Source: Eledone cirrhosa (lineage: Eukaryota). From it: 64,000 nucleotides of DNA. The DNA lies in NCBI GenBank assembly GCA_964016885.1, contig OZ024743.1:341682001-341746000 (forward strand), given 5' to 3'. The notes under the pieces are model-generated. The model saw nothing but the letters and a program-made list of their open reading frames with translations, made no database searches and had not been told where the DNA came from. Shown here piece by piece: positions 42,081 to 56,380 of this stretch (its first letter is position 1; each line of letters starts with the position of its first letter). A program made the translations under genes and the position numbers.

Positions 42081-43731
42081 ATATATATATATATTATACT
42101 TTGGGAGGGTCATGCTACCAATAAAATCACACGCACCTGTTGTTTTCACTTCAATTTATTATAAGTTTCCGGTTGGTTGGTTCGATAACCGGAAGGTTGT
42201 TTATATATTGCCAAAGTTCTTTCGTCACACATTCTGTGACATCCTCATTGACGAGGTTTTTATTTTGTATCCCTCCTTTGGTCTGCCCTACACCATCTTG
42301 CTTTTGTGTGTTGTATATATATATAGATATATATAGGATATATATATAAATACACAAACACACATATATATATATATATACACAATTATATTATTTAATT
42401 TAAATTAAATCTGTTGCATCATGTGTATGCACGATATACAGTAATATGCGAATACTCTCTCCTTCAAAATATGATGGGTATTCTTTCTGATAGGAATGTT
42501 TCATAAGACTAGAAAATAATCTGATTCAATTCTTTTTCGGCAAGGGGAGACACAACCTGTAGTGTACCCTTATTTTTCATATTTTTTACACACTGGAACC
42601 ATTGTATATTTATGAGAAATAGTTATATTATTATGCATCTCAAAATTACTATAAAATATTGCTGTGCAGAGCATTATTACATAATTCACGTCGTAATCAG
42701 TGAATGGAATATTTTGACGGCTTCACTAAATTAGTATAGATTCGTAGTTTATGGGTATAAACTACGAATTTTTCCTTGCAGAGAAGATTGACATTCTTTA
42801 CTTCATGAATATATGGATCTCTTTCGCATTTTCCCATAGATTATCCACATTATTTTCTTTTCACAACGTGCATAAAATTTTAAATTTATACAAGACATGT
42901 CCAGACCGATATATTTCGAATTATCTAAATGAAAATGCTGCGCAATGCATTAGTAATTAATACATGCCGTCATTGCACAAATGGCTATAAGATAATATCT
43001 TTAGCGTAAAACGACACTTTCTCTAAAATGTCTTGAAACTAGTCACATCATTCACAAATGTGTGACATGTGTGAATGATCTTTTTATTTATCATATCTGA
43101 TATATTCTTCCTTGAAAGAATATTGAAACACAAATAAAGTAATAAGAGCAATATATCAAACAAACACAAGCACCCGAAGCATATCGTAAAATGTTCGATT
43201 TAAAATAGAAATTCAGATATTTACACCAATGTTTCGGAAAAGTGAAACATAGAAAACTATTGTAGTAGATCTAGCCCGCGGCATATGGTCGCATGTTAAA
43301 CCTCCGTCGATTAAAATGATGAGGTTTTTCAGTGTCTCAAACAACGGTAGTACTTACCAGAGGAATTAACGGACAAGTAGCTGATAATTCTCCTGCAATG
43401 CTTACTCTTAATGTCATTGTCATGGAGATGGAATGTGTCCTTGTGTGTGATAAGAATTTCCCTTCAAACCACAGTTATAATTTATATTATTCAACTGACA
43501 GGGCTGAAGCAACGAGAAATCAATTATGTTACACAAGGACCCAGGCATCGCTGAGATTACGTACTTACAATCCTGTGTCGAACACCATAACCAAAGAGCC
43601 ATGCGCATTTTTTATAGTTGACTAACGGCAATTTCTCTTTTCAAAGTAATCATCCTCTAAGTAGCTACAAGCAATGTATTGATGCATAACTATAAATCTA
43701 TATATATAATTATCATTCATTTTTATTATTA

Positions 43732-43855
43732 TTTCAAATCCCGCCAAGGTTAACGTTGCCTTTCATCCTTACGGGGTCGATAAAATAAAGTACCAGTAAT
43801 GTACTGGAATAATTGCTGGCATTGTGCCAAAAGTAGAAACAATTATTATTATTAT
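43732..43855 (+). mobile_element. SINE family 1, 5'-truncated
   Basis: Runs from the B box to the ATT tail. Confidence 0.85.
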
Positions 43856-43899
43856 TTAAACAAAGAGTTTTGTGTAAATATGATGAAATTCTCCTGTCA

Positions 43900-44310
43900 T
43901 TTTATTCATTCCTCCAGGGCGTGATGTTAATAACCCGCAAACATATCTCTTCTCATGCATTTTGAGTACCGAAAGTGTAGCAGATTCAGAATATTTTCTA
44001 AGAATACGCACTAACAAGTCTTTTTCAAAATTGAAGCCGTTTGATGTAAAATGTTCGGCAAGTTCTGTCGAACTACTGTTATTGTATTGTGCCTGGCGTC
44101 ATATCTGCGCCCATTGAATCTTTTATTTAATTGTTCTGTTGTACAACCAACATAAATCAAGTTGTATTTCGTGCATTCTGCTGCGTACACCAAATGGGAA
44201 TTTCGACACGTCCCACCTTCCGTGTAAATCATAACATTTCCGTTATGATTCCTGATGGAATTCACCTGACTCAAGCTGTTACACAATGAACAGGGCTTAC
44301 CTCTTGTGGC
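43900..44310 (-). pseudogene. PLE GIY-YIG fragment
   Basis: CRNSHLVYAAECTKYNLIYVGCTTEQLNKRFNG (ORF 44011..44286). Confidence 0.8.
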
Positions 44311-44919
44311 TGTTTTTCAAGGTACAGCGTGTAGAAACTCCAATGCTAGTTTTCTTGGAGTCAGAATTAGAGGTTAATAAACAGACAGATCCTTCAAGGA
44401 CTTCAAATGTTAGGTCATTAACAAATCACATACAATAAAAAACTCTTAACCAATCGGACGCAAGAGATGTTGGCATTCTAAGATCACTCCCTCAGTGAAT
44501 AAGTGTTTTATCTTTATAGACACACCCCTTCAACTCTCTTTCCCTCACATATGGTATCTACATCCCAACTATATTAACCCCATCCCATCTTTATCACCCA
44601 TCCAACATGTATATCCCTGCTTTTATGTTCCCATATATCTTTCGGTTTACTTATCTCTCTTTTATTATATTGTCCATCATACTATACTATCCATCACCAT
44701 ATTATTCTTTCATCCTAACGTATGTATACTTATATCTATATATATATATATATTTTTTATATGTATTTTAACATTTTTATTTTCTTTATATATTTATTTC
44801 CTTATTATTTTATTTTTCAATTGTTATTTTATCTGAATGTTATCTGGTTGTTTCAAATCTCACTACTCTTTTCGTATCACTATTTTTCCTGTTAATCTTT
44901 CCTGTCATTATCTTACTTG

Positions 44920-45106
44920 AATTGGCAGTATCGGTAGAGGGTCGGGCGCCATGCTTCGACGCATAGAGTTACGGCCCTTGCCATTCTGAGTTCAAATCCC
45001 GCCGAGGTTAACTTTGCCTTTCATCCTTACGGGGTCGATAAAATATAGTACCAGTAATGTACTGAGTAATTGCTGGCCTTGTGCCAAAAAGTAGAAACAA
45101 TTATTA
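44920..45106 (+). mobile_element. SINE family 1
   Basis: Homologous to 6325-6510. Confidence 0.85.
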
Positions 45107-47530
45107 ATGTTAAGTATATTTCCATATTTCTTATCATCCTTATATGAATAGAGTATTAGCAGGTGTTTCACGTGTAGATCTCTATAATATTGATCTTAAA
45201 GCTATTTGCTGAGAAGAGATTAATTGCGCACTCCCCCACTATCTCCCCCTCTCTCCCTCTCTCTCCCCCACTATCTATCCCCTCTCTCCGCCCTTTTCTT
45301 CCTCTCTCTCTTGCTCTCCCTATATGTGTATATATGTATGTGTGTGTGGACGTATAGGTATATACGTATCTATATACGAGTATCGGCTCAAAGATTCATA
45401 GGATGACCAAGATACTCTCATGAGCTTCAATTCAGTTATTAATAAGAAGAGTTGAAATAAATGCCTGCAAGATCAAGTATCACTCCCTCATAATCAGTCT
45501 CTGAACCTTTGAGCTCACCCTCGAATGTACATATATGTATAAACTTTTATAAACTTACAGACACATAAGCATACAGATAGATAGATGATAGTTGTAACAA
45601 AAGAAAGAATCAGTTCCAAATACTGGAGTTTAGAGTATAGATTATTACTTACGTAACATTCCTAAGTCTTTTCACCACGCTTCATGTTATTTCCTAACTT
45701 TGACGAAATAGCTGTTATCATGTGGTTTTAGTTTTGTTTTGTATTCGTCTTTGGACATAATACCTAACAGCTTGCTCTTATCGCCTTTACAAATGACAAT
45801 TTTCGCTTTATGTTCCAGGTCTTACAGAGCTATGCTAAGATTCTGGTTCATTATGATTTTGTTCTGTTCATATCTTGTTTATTGCACTTATACTTGAATA
45901 AATATTGCATTGTGTCATAAGCGTTTGTAACATTCTAATCACTAAGTCTCGAGAGACGAATATAGTAGTTTTAATCCGAAATTCTGTCTGGTTTGATCAC
46001 ATTTTACTTTGGTGTGGAAGTCTGTACCGAAATTGATAAGTACAAGTTGATCAGAACTGAGAGTGTTGCAAGTGATTAAGGAATGTGTTTACCTGTGTAG
46101 ACAAAAAATATTTTCCTCTTATGACGACTGCTAAGCTACCATTTTTCTCTCTCCTTCTGTCTCCCTCTTTCTATCTCTCTCTCCTCTCTCTCTCTCTCTA
46201 TATATATATATCTTGAGGCCATTTCATTTTGTGAAAAGTGAGCAGATAGAAATTCATACACACCCGAACATGCCATAATTTGTTGGCTTCTTCTTTCCCT
46301 TAGTAACTGAAAATGGCACACAGCTTACTGTTTATTAGGTTGATAATAGGCTAAACTATATTGGATGCAAACAGGTTTTCAATTCATCTTAACATCTGTA
46401 ATCAAAGATGATTCAGGTCTGTGGAATACTTCAAGTCTGCAACCCTCTCTATGCAGCCAATGACCTTCCACGAATTCGTATATATATCCAAAGTAGGTGT
46501 TACTCTTATACTACAGAATTTACCTGGCATTCAACAACGATAACGATTCCGGTAATTGTCTCCAAGAAGAGAGTTTTGTGATCAAGCATGCAACGTTCAG
46601 GTCTTCCAACAGTAATGATAATTGCCTTGTCCGTAAGATTGTTCTGAATCTTAACGTGACTCATAATAATAAGATTCTAGATGTCAGTGAGAACTCTCGG
46701 CCCCAACGGATAATCTGATTGTGTGACACTTAAAGTTGAGCCAAAGACATCGATTATGCAATAATAAACTTCCATTTATTCTACATAGAACGATTATTGA
46801 AAACAACGTTTTGAGAAGAAACAGGAACAAATAAGCGTGGAGAAATTTGAAAATTGTTATTTCTCGCTATACTTTGCACATCAATAGGACTATAATGTCC
46901 TTGTTTTGTCTTTTTTTAAATAGTTCGCTATATCACTTGTATTTGTTACAATTTTTTCAGGTGAAATCGTGCAACACATTTCACGCAACTTGCGTATCAC
47001 CTTTCCATATAATAATAATAGCTCTCACCTTTCCATCTGTAACTACTCGTAAATATCTTCTATGTATTGTTACATAATTTGCTATAAACTCATTGCGACT
47101 GATTGCTCTTACACTTCGGTGGTATACGTGTATTAACACATTCATTTATTACAGAAACTCTTGTTTGTAATTCGCGGTTAGAAATTCAGTAGGATACAGT
47201 TACATTAATTATGAAATCAATACATTAACAATTCCAATTAAAACAGCTTGGCATTTGGAAATATAAGAGAGCTATTTAAAAAAAAAAAAAAAAGAAGCAC
47301 ATTATGGTCCTAGTTATGTGCAAAGTATTGCAAGAAATAGAATCCAGTGTTTTACATGGATCAGGGGCATATACATTATACGGCAATCTAGTATAAAGAA
47401 ATTACAAGCATTCATAAGAAGACACAAGATCAGAAACTCCATCATATTAGAGAAAGTAAAGCGCAATAACATGGTGCATATATTGGTGTAGCAAATCATG
47501 CACTGGCTTTCACAGGTACAAAACATGGAC

Positions 47531-47706
47531 ACATATTTTAGCAAGTGGTACCAGAAATCAATGTAGACCATAACTGAGATACATGAATGTAGCTAAACTC
47601 AAATTCAGTTTATTGAACATATTTTAGCAAGTGGTACCAGAAATCAATGTAGACCATAACTGAGATACATGAATGTAGCTAAACTCAAATTCAGTTTATT
47701 GAACAT
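47531..47706. repeat. Exact 86-bp tandem duplication
   Basis: ACATATTTTAGCAAGTGGTACC occurs at 47531 and 47617. Confidence 0.9.
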
Positions 47707-50700
47707 TTCCACAGCCGGATGACTGCTTCTTATGACAAAACCTATGAATGATAGCGATCCACTTTTCATAGTTTTACTGTAGACTGTAGTCTTCGACAGT
47801 TATTGTCGATATTGACAAAGATCTCATACACGCGTGTTTGGTTCTTATTACTATTTTACTATTCTATCTATTTTAAACAACTTTGCTGTTTCTAGATCTA
47901 AATGATCTCTTTAAATTGATCTCCTCTCTACTCTACACCTATATATTCCCGACATATAAATTTTATATTATTTGCATTTTTATAACATATTTATATAATC
48001 GATATTCACAACGCCATTCTATAACTTCATCTATCAATTTTAAACTTTTCTTTACAAACAACTAAGTTTGCTCTACATAGCAGTCTTTTCCCTATCTTTC
48101 CTATTGTTAATATTTTTTGTGTGATATATTTGTTTTGTATTGATTTATTTCGGTTTCGTGTTTCAAGAATATATATGTATGTTTGTATATTACGTATATG
48201 TGTGATAGTTAGTTCGAATATATTTTCTATATGAGTATTTGTACGTGTCGAGGTTGCTTTTAATGCATATGTGTTCCTTTGTGTTCGTGAATATGGCATT
48301 TATACGAAACAGTGAATATTAAATAGGAGATAGAAATAGGAAAGAAAATATGTTTAAATAAATAACATTAAAGAAAATATAAAACAAAAGGAATAAAAAC
48401 AAAACAACTGGGAATAAATATATAACGTGTAAACACAATACTAAAAAACGTGGCGAATAATATAAGAAAAATAAGAAAAAATATCATGTCGGGAAGTGTT
48501 ACAGAGAATCATGAAATTAAATGTTAAAAAGAAAATATAACATTTTTAGAATGACAGTTTCCACGCCTCGCAAACGTCTTATCAAACATCATATACAAAC
48601 AGGTCAGGAGAACTCTGTTTGAAAGATGAAAGAATTTCACACCAAATAAACAGTTTCCAAGACAATGATAACTATCTGGAGTTTTTTTTCTTCGTATATA
48701 AACAATACAAATAGCTTTTGCGAGACTATCCTGTATAAAAAAATATGTACAGTGCTGAATATGTTTTCCTATTACACAAACACAAAGAGTAACAATAAAT
48801 AATTCTTTCTAGAAACTTCTGTGTAAAAAAAAAAAAAAATCATTGACATAGAAGTCAAAATCTTTCTCATCCCGCATCACATCATCTGAAAGAAACGAAG
48901 GTTTTCTCCTCTACAATATAGAATAAATGTGGGGATGGCAACGCCGGTAAAGAGTTTCAGAATACATATTCTCATTCAAGATTCATTCCGAGCTACATCC
49001 CTACATCAAGAACCACGTTTCGCTCATAAGGCAATAGTCGGCTCACAGTGCGAGAAAAAATTCCCCGGATATCGAGCAGTAAGATAGAAATGGGAAGCGT
49101 CTCCTTTCAGGTTAGTGTTAGCGCAAATATCATTCAATTTAGGACAACAGAAATTATCTGTAATTATATACGTCTAACTCACTCAACTGAAGTGCGTATG
49201 TCGAGATAGTAATAAAAACTCTTAACGATAGGAGGAAACTAAAACCCTTGGCAAACAACAAATCCACATACCTGAAGTGACATCACTGCATTTTGTTTTT
49301 ACTTACAGTGACCTATATTAGGACAGGACATGGATGCTTTTCTTTCAGAAATTAATCTCTAGTCTTATAAATTTAGGGGAGACATTTGTGCCCATTTTAA
49401 ACCTTTTCATTCGTAGGTATAATCAAATTAAAAAGTATCTATTTTCTAGAAGAAATCATCTACCTATTTGGAAATCAGTTAGGAATCTGTATTTTTATTT
49501 GTATGAACCACAGTTTCAGCGAAAATAGACCATAGTACCGCAAACATGTTTGAACTAATGAACACTTCAACACATACCTTCTATAATCTCCTATACATTT
49601 TGTAGTGCAAAACCCAAAATTAATGAATGTTTTTATTTTTTTCTTAACTTCATCAAAAACAAATTTAAGTTTGCACCATTCAGTGAAGGCAAACAATCGA
49701 AGGTAACGCACATGCGTACAGACACATACTAATGCGTACAGAATCACACACAAAAACATACGACTGAGGCACATAGACAGTCACATACATATAAAAAACA
49801 TAGACTTCAAATCTTACACAGACAAGCACGCAACCAAACTTAGGAACAGGCTCACATATTAATTTTCATCGAAGCACACTTTCACAAGATGCATACACAA
49901 TATTAACCATACACACATGCACTTACACATTTATAATATTGAATACACAAGTATAAACAAATAAAAAACAGGGCCACACTTACATATAAAAATATAGTTA
50001 GACACATATATAAGACACATGCGAAAGCAGGTAGGCGTAAAACCTATATCTTGTATAAGTGAATATTATATTTTAATTCCGGTATATGTAATCTGTATGC
50101 ATTGTTTCTTTTTATGTTATATAAAGGTTATAATTAAATTGATAATTTATATTTTCTATCTTACGTTCGTAAATATTTTTAAAAATAAAAAAAATGACGT
50201 TACTGTAATTGCTTTCGTGTTTAACTTTCGCCACTCACGGTTTATAGCTGTTATATCTTCAGCATTTTAGTTTCACATCTTACACTCACGAAGGCAAGAT
50301 ATAACCAGATGCATCCTAACTATAGAATACGTAATTGTAAAGATCATAAATCAAAATACAGTGGGTATTACATATATCTCCGTTACCTAAAGCATGAATA
50401 CATTTCCTTACAACATGAGATTTATAAATTCTCTGATTAATACGAATCCTCAAATATTATAGTTCAGATAACTAACATAATTTCCTAACTGAAGCTATTA
50501 CATTCTACGCCCACGTTCAAAATTTTATACCTGGTTTCAGATACAGCACATTATAATACATAACAAAAAGGAAAATAATTGTTACCACTAATATAGCATA
50601 TAAATTTTTTAAAAGAAACCCAGAATATTAGTTATAGAAACTTAGATAATATCAAAATACGCAGAAAAAAGAAAAATTCAAATAAAATATAGTAGTTAGT

Positions 50701-50879
50701 GCAAATAATGCAGCAGTTACTGCAAATAATTCGAGTTCAAGCTTAGATAATTGAAGCCTCAAGATGCCGATTCAATTCAGTTATACAAATGAAAAGCACC
50801 ACTATCTTCACTGCATTTTGCATTTGGAAGATGTGTTCTAAAAAATCTAGGATGGTTAATGGAATATAATTAAGCCTAT

Positions 50880-51175
50880 ATAAATATACATACCATTTAT
50901 GGTAAGCTGTTTACCAGAACTGGTGGTTGCGGTTGGTAAACGATGATGCAATAAATTAATTAAAGCACTCAACGCTATGCAAACCATCCATTCTAGCTGT
51001 GGCATCTCGAGGCTGGTGTAGGAACGGAGTTAAGTATTTATCAAAACAGCAACAGTATGCCGGACTGGAAAATTTACTTTAGAATTTTAATTCCGCGAAA
51101 GGACTATACATATTTCAATGGTCCAGCCCTATTATCAGATCATGATGCGAGGCTAAATGATTTCATCAGGTGTTA
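50880..51175 (-). mobile_element. Degraded pLTR end with an HHR-like core (51101-51172) and a tail hairpin
   Basis: Minus strand: CTGATGA-AAT...ATT-GAAA-TATGTA-TA^GTCC, with weak helix I. The tail hairpin resembles the one at 9207-9272. Confidence 0.5.
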
Positions 51176-51869
51176 CTTGCAGAATTATATACGCGGATTA
51201 CGTTGAACCCAAACAGAGAATGGAATATAGAAGATAGAGAAATAGAAAAAGAAAATAGAGGAGCGATTCGATTCGGAGACTCTTGAAAAATGTGGTGTTA
51301 TCAATGGCAGACAGACCCTAAATGATAGCGTATCCGTTAACGCCAGCACTGAGGAGTTGTAGGCATGATATAGGCGGTGGTGGTTGTCAAGTGGGGACCT
51401 GCCAACTAGCTCATATGAATCAGCCAGAGAATACTTTCTCTATTTAAGGTATTTTACATCCCGGGCCGAATCTCATCCTACCCAGAGGCTTCGCCACATT
51501 TCAGCTCTTTAATTGCCCATGTGACGTCATCCTCCGTGCGGTTACTATCATGCTCAGAGGCACTTCTCCTGTACATCAGATGATGATCTTGTGACCCGGA
51601 TTATGGGATCATCAAATTGTACTCTCCACCTCGCGAAGATGCCCCACTCTAAAGAGAGAAGAATTCTAGAGGAGTTCTTGATAGGTGTGGCGAGGGCCAT
51701 CTTATTATGAATTCAGCAGATGGTCTGCCTGATTACTTTAGTTGCAATTATGAAGAGCAAATTCATCCAAGGTGTAATCAACAATGTAACATCACAAAGC
51801 ATAAATATATAATCCTGATCCAAGGAGAAATTTGGAATTATAAATGCACACACACACAATCCCCTCCCC

Positions 51870-51922
<53 letters not shown>

Positions 51923-51925
<3 letters not shown>

Positions 51926-52125
51926 CAAAGGAAATGTGGTAAGGAACCAGATGGACCATAACGCACCAGAGTGCTCAATACTTAGGGTAGAAGAGTGGGA
52001 AATATGAAAAAGTATGACCCCGACGGCAGACCTCAAGCCGTTTCGACGGCTATTTCTGGACTAGTCCAGAAATAGCCGTCAAAACGGCTTGAGCTCTGCC
52101 GTCGGGGGGTCATACTTTTTCCTAT
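51923..52125. mobile_element. Miniature fold-back pLTR, family A variant
   Basis: Palindrome centred on TTTCTGGACTAGTCCAGAAA at about 52062; (TA)n flanks. Confidence 0.85.
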
Positions 52126-52172
52126 GTATACATATATATATATATTTATATATATATACATATGTATATATA

Positions 52173-53190
52173 TAGAATAAGGAAATACAAAGTAGATTAG
52201 ATGTTAAATTCGTTTATCGATAAGGCCATGATACATATTTCGATGACGACAGTTTCGTATAGTACCCAGTGTCATGATCTCACCAGACAGCTTCTTACAT
52301 AATAAAGTTACAATCACGAGGTAATCCACAATTTAAGTGACAAGGGAACGGACAAACACGATGTTCATAAAGCAAATGCCTGTCCCCCTGCCAGCTTCAA
52401 ATCATGCTAACAGGTTTGCGCATGTGTAAATGTGGAATATGTAGCAGACTATTATCGCAAAACATAGCAAGCTATCGTCTGCAGGTTCCTTCTCACTCCC
52501 AGGTTCAAGGGTCACAGGGTGCCAGGCAGCCAACCATGTTTCCGGCCAAATAGTGTATTGGCTGAAGACCATGGTAGCGTGGATAGATTTTATATGCACA
52601 CTACAAAGACAACGTTGACTGATTTCTCTGAATAGATTGTGTATGTGATAGAATTCACTGTATTAAACTTTTCTATCTCCTTATACATGTATATATGTGT
52701 AATAACATTTATACTTATATATATTTTCTCTTCATCTCTCAATAGACATATTTAATCTCTCATTATATATTTTTAATATATTTTTACCTCTATCAATATG
52801 TTATTTTCCTTATTTTTCTTTGTTATATTTTCATTCATTTTTTTCTTTTTCATTGTTAAGTTCATGTGATAGACTAATTGTTTGTTTAAATTTCGACGCT
52901 CCACACTTTAGTCTATATTATTTATTTACTTAAAACAAGATTCTAACTTTTATTTTCTATTTTAATTTCTATTTTCCATTCGTATTGCTAACTTTAACTT
53001 GCATTGTGAAACATAGTATCTAGACCATGGAATAATTCTATTTGCGGGGGATGGTCAATTCTATTGTCTAAGTGTAAATATAAGCGTAGTATTAAACCTA
53101 TTAAATGTCACTAAATCGGGAATGTAATAAAACTAAATATATTTACTATTTCCACCCTATTTCTATCTTGATATACACTGGCATATATAA

Positions 53191-53271
<81 letters not shown>

Positions 53272-54032
53272 TGTGTTTGTGTACTTATATTGTTCTTCAC
53301 CGTTATTTTCCATCTTTTCACTATGTGTGTTAATTCATCTGTTGGAAGACGATATTTGCTAGTTATTCGTATGAATTATCGTATTCTATACCTTAGTTTA
53401 TATTCTTTAATTTAACACAATCAAAATTTTATTTCTGTTATTCAGTTTTATTACCAATTTTAACTGCCATTGTGAGAGCATACTATCTGGACCCAGAATT
53501 ATGCATAATTTGTAATAGTGAAAACATTAAAAGTCATACTCTTCCACTACCACCGTTCTGCCAAATACACTGTTCGGCCGAAATCATAGCTGGCTGAGTG
53601 GCGCCCTGTGACTCTTAAAGGAGAGGAGTGGTGAGGACCCTCTATGTGATAGTTTGCTATGTTTTGCGATAGTAGTCAGCTACATGTCCCACATTTACAC
53701 GTTCCAACCATGTTGGCGTGAATTGAAGGTCACAGGGGAACGGGCATTCGCTTTATGAACATCGTTTGTCCGTTCCCTTACCACTTAAATTTTGGATTAC
53801 CTCGTGATTGTAACCTTAACATGTAAGAAGCTGTCTGATAAGATCATGACACTGGGTACTACGCGGAATCACGTGGCCACTGTCGTCATCGAAACATGTA
53901 TTACGGCCTTATCAAAAAACGACTTTAACATATAATCTACTTTGTATTTCCTTATTCTAAAAATACTCCCTCACTCCTATGTGGAAAAATGTACGTTGAG
54001 TTCTCGAATTGAATTACATAAATGTTTACAGT
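52173..54032. mobile_element. Older inverted pLTR pair (52173-52562 and 53560-53960) with mutated hammerheads; tail to about 54032
   Basis: The arms are diverged reverse complements. 53830-53907 reads GCTGT-CTGATAA-GATCATGACA..TGTCGTCATC-GAAA-CATGTA-TT^ACGGC. The twin at 52225-52291(-) has CTGGTGA. Confidence 0.75.
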
Positions 54033-54049
54033 ATATATATATATATATA

Positions 54050-54542
54050 TTAAAGAGTTAAACAAGATTCAATGAGTACATCAAATAATAAGTTTTACAG
54101 TAGATTGGAAGCACTCTACAGGGAAAAATATTTTCCAGAGTTATTAATATTAAAATACAAATATTAATAAAATAGATGTTCTTTTGATCAATTAAATTTT
54201 ATTATACATATTTCAGACGTACAACAGTACATCCTCATCTGACAAAATATAATGATACATTTAACATCTCAGGGGGGTGGATTGGCAGTATCGGTAGAGA
54301 GTCGGACACCATGCTTTGAAGCATAGAGTTAAGTCCCGCCGAGATTAACTTTGCCTTTCATCCTTACGGGGTCGATAAAATAAAGTACCAGTAATGTACT
54401 GGATATGTTGCTGGCCTTGTGCCTAAAATAGACACAATTATTTTTGTCTGATGAGGATGTACTGTTGTACCTCTGATATATGTATAATAAAATTTAATTG
54501 ATCAAAAGAACATCTATTTTATTAATATTTGTATTTTAATAT
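54050..54542. mobile_element. Fold-back pLTR (family E) with a SINE (54277-54440) at its centre
   Basis: 54146-54247 and 54441-54542 are inverted and homologous to 14480-14710. The HHR cores are mutated (CAGATGA in one, GATA in the other). Confidence 0.8.
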
Positions 54543-54561
54543 ATATATATATATATATATA

Positions 54562-54962
54562 TTTAAAAAGATAGAGGTGTGACACACGATTTGTGATATA
54601 TTAGTAAAAAGGAAACGAAAATGCTGACAAATTTATCCCAGTGAAAAATAGTTTAATTAGGAATAACTATAAATTAGTAATAAGTATTAGTAATAAGTAT
54701 AAATTAGTAATAAGTATTTTTGCTCTAATCAGATTAGAGCAAAAATCACGAACACTCTATCTCAAAATTATTTTTGAAAAGCATAAGAAATGCGCAACCG
54801 GTAAAAACTTAAAACTAAAACTGAATACGAACTAATACTTATTACTAATTTATACTTATTCCTAATTAAACTATTCTTCACTGGGAAAAATGTGTCAGCA
54901 TTTTCTTTTCCTTTTTACTGATATATGACAACTCGTGTGTCACACCTCTATTTTTTTAAAAT
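54562..54962. mobile_element. Miniature fold-back of the 29.5/32.5-kb pLTR family
   Basis: GAAAATGCTGACA...AATTAGGAATAA and its reverse complement; central TTTTGCTCTAATCAGATTAGAGCAAAA. Confidence 0.8.
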
Positions 54963-54973
54963 ATATATATATA

Positions 54974-56380
54974 TGAATAAAGTTAATATATCTGAGGGTA
55001 CAAGGTACCCCCAGAAATATATATAGGTTGTCTATGATTCAAGGAGGTTCTATGGTAATAATTTGATATACCAGAACTTAATATCAAGATAAGCAGAACA
55101 AGCAAAATTCAACCAATTTTTCAAAATAAATCAAAAATAATTTACAATTAAAATTAATCAAAATTAAAAAATATAATATAAATATTTACCTATTCAAATA
55201 GCCCTTACTGTACAGTTTCACTTTGCAAAACATGAGATATCACATGGATATTAATGGAAAAACAAAGATCATCAGAGAAGCATTTTCCTTTCCTAGGGTT
55301 AAAAACCTCAGGAACGATAAAATATATGACCTCGTCTCCAACTGACACGAGTCTAAAGGTCGTAAAAGTGACCCGTATGTTCGCTGGTGTGAAGTGAAGG
55401 CGGGAAATCGTAGACTTGTTGTCTATAGTCGCCACTAAAAAAAATAGCAGCTAATTAGAACGACAGATTTGTTCTCTACATAACGGAGAATAATGAATAA
55501 AGTTAATATATCTGAGGGTACAAGGTACCCCCAGAAATACATAGGTTGTCTATGATTCAAGGTGGTTCTATGGTAATAATTTGATATACCAGAACTTAAT
55601 ATCAAGATAAGCAGAACAAGCAAAATTCAACCAATTTTTCAAAATAAATCTAGGAAAGGAAAATGCTTCTCTGATGATCTTTGTTTTTCCATTGATATCC
55701 ATGTGATATCTAATGTTTTGCAAAGTGAAACTGTACAGTAAGGGCTATTTGAATAAGTAAATATTTATATTATATTTTTTAATTTTGATCAATTTTAATT
55801 GTAAATTAATTTTGATTTATTTTGAAAAATTGGTTGAATTTTGCTTGTCTGCATATCTTGATATTAAGTTCTGGTATATCAAATTATTACCATAGAACCA
55901 CCTTGAATCATAGACAACCTATGTATTTCTGGGGGTACCTTATACCCTCAGATATATTAACTTTATTCATTATTCTCCGTTATGTAGAGAACAAATCTGT
56001 CGTTCTGTCTAGCTGCTATTTTTTTAGTGGCAACTATAGACAACAAGTCTACGATTTCCCACCTTCACTTCACACCAGCGAACATACGGGTCACTTTTAC
56101 GACCTTTAGACTCGTGTCAGTTGGAGACGAGGTCATATATTTTATCGTTCCTGAGGTTTTTAACCCTAGGAAAGGAAAATGCTTCTCTGATGATCTTTGT
56201 TTTTCCATTAATATCCATGTGATATCTCATGTTTTGCAAAGTGAAACTGTACAGTAAGGGCTATTTGAATAGGTAAATATTTATATTATATTTTTTAATT
56301 TTGATTAATTTTAATTGTAAATTAATTTTGATTTATTTGGAAAAATTGGTTGAATTTTGCTTGTTCTGCTTATCTTGATA
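54974..56380. mobile_element. Non-coding 516-521-bp unit as two head-to-head partial tandem arrays, with hammerheads
   Basis: About 1.3 units on the minus strand (54974-55650) and 1.4 on the plus strand (55650-56380). ORFs 55205..55435(-) and 56027..56257(+) are near-identical. Confidence 0.85.
55665..55745 (+). ncRNA. Type I hammerhead ribozyme with an extended helix II (copies at 56181-56261 + and 55201-55281 -)
   Basis: GCTTCT-CTGATGA-TCTTTG-[CATTGATATC..GATATCTAATG hairpin]-CAAAGT-GAAA-CTGTACAG-TA^AGGGC; loop III is a perfect palindrome. Confidence 0.75.

Noticed and set aside
47314-47571. Hydrophobic Cys-rich 85-aa ORF
   Set aside because: It is short, overlaps an 86-bp tandem duplication, and has the composition expected of AT-rich DNA.
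55205-56257. Duplicated 76-aa ORF
   Set aside because: It has a non-ATG start, overlaps the ribozyme and is duplicated only because the repeat is. No protein motif is evident.
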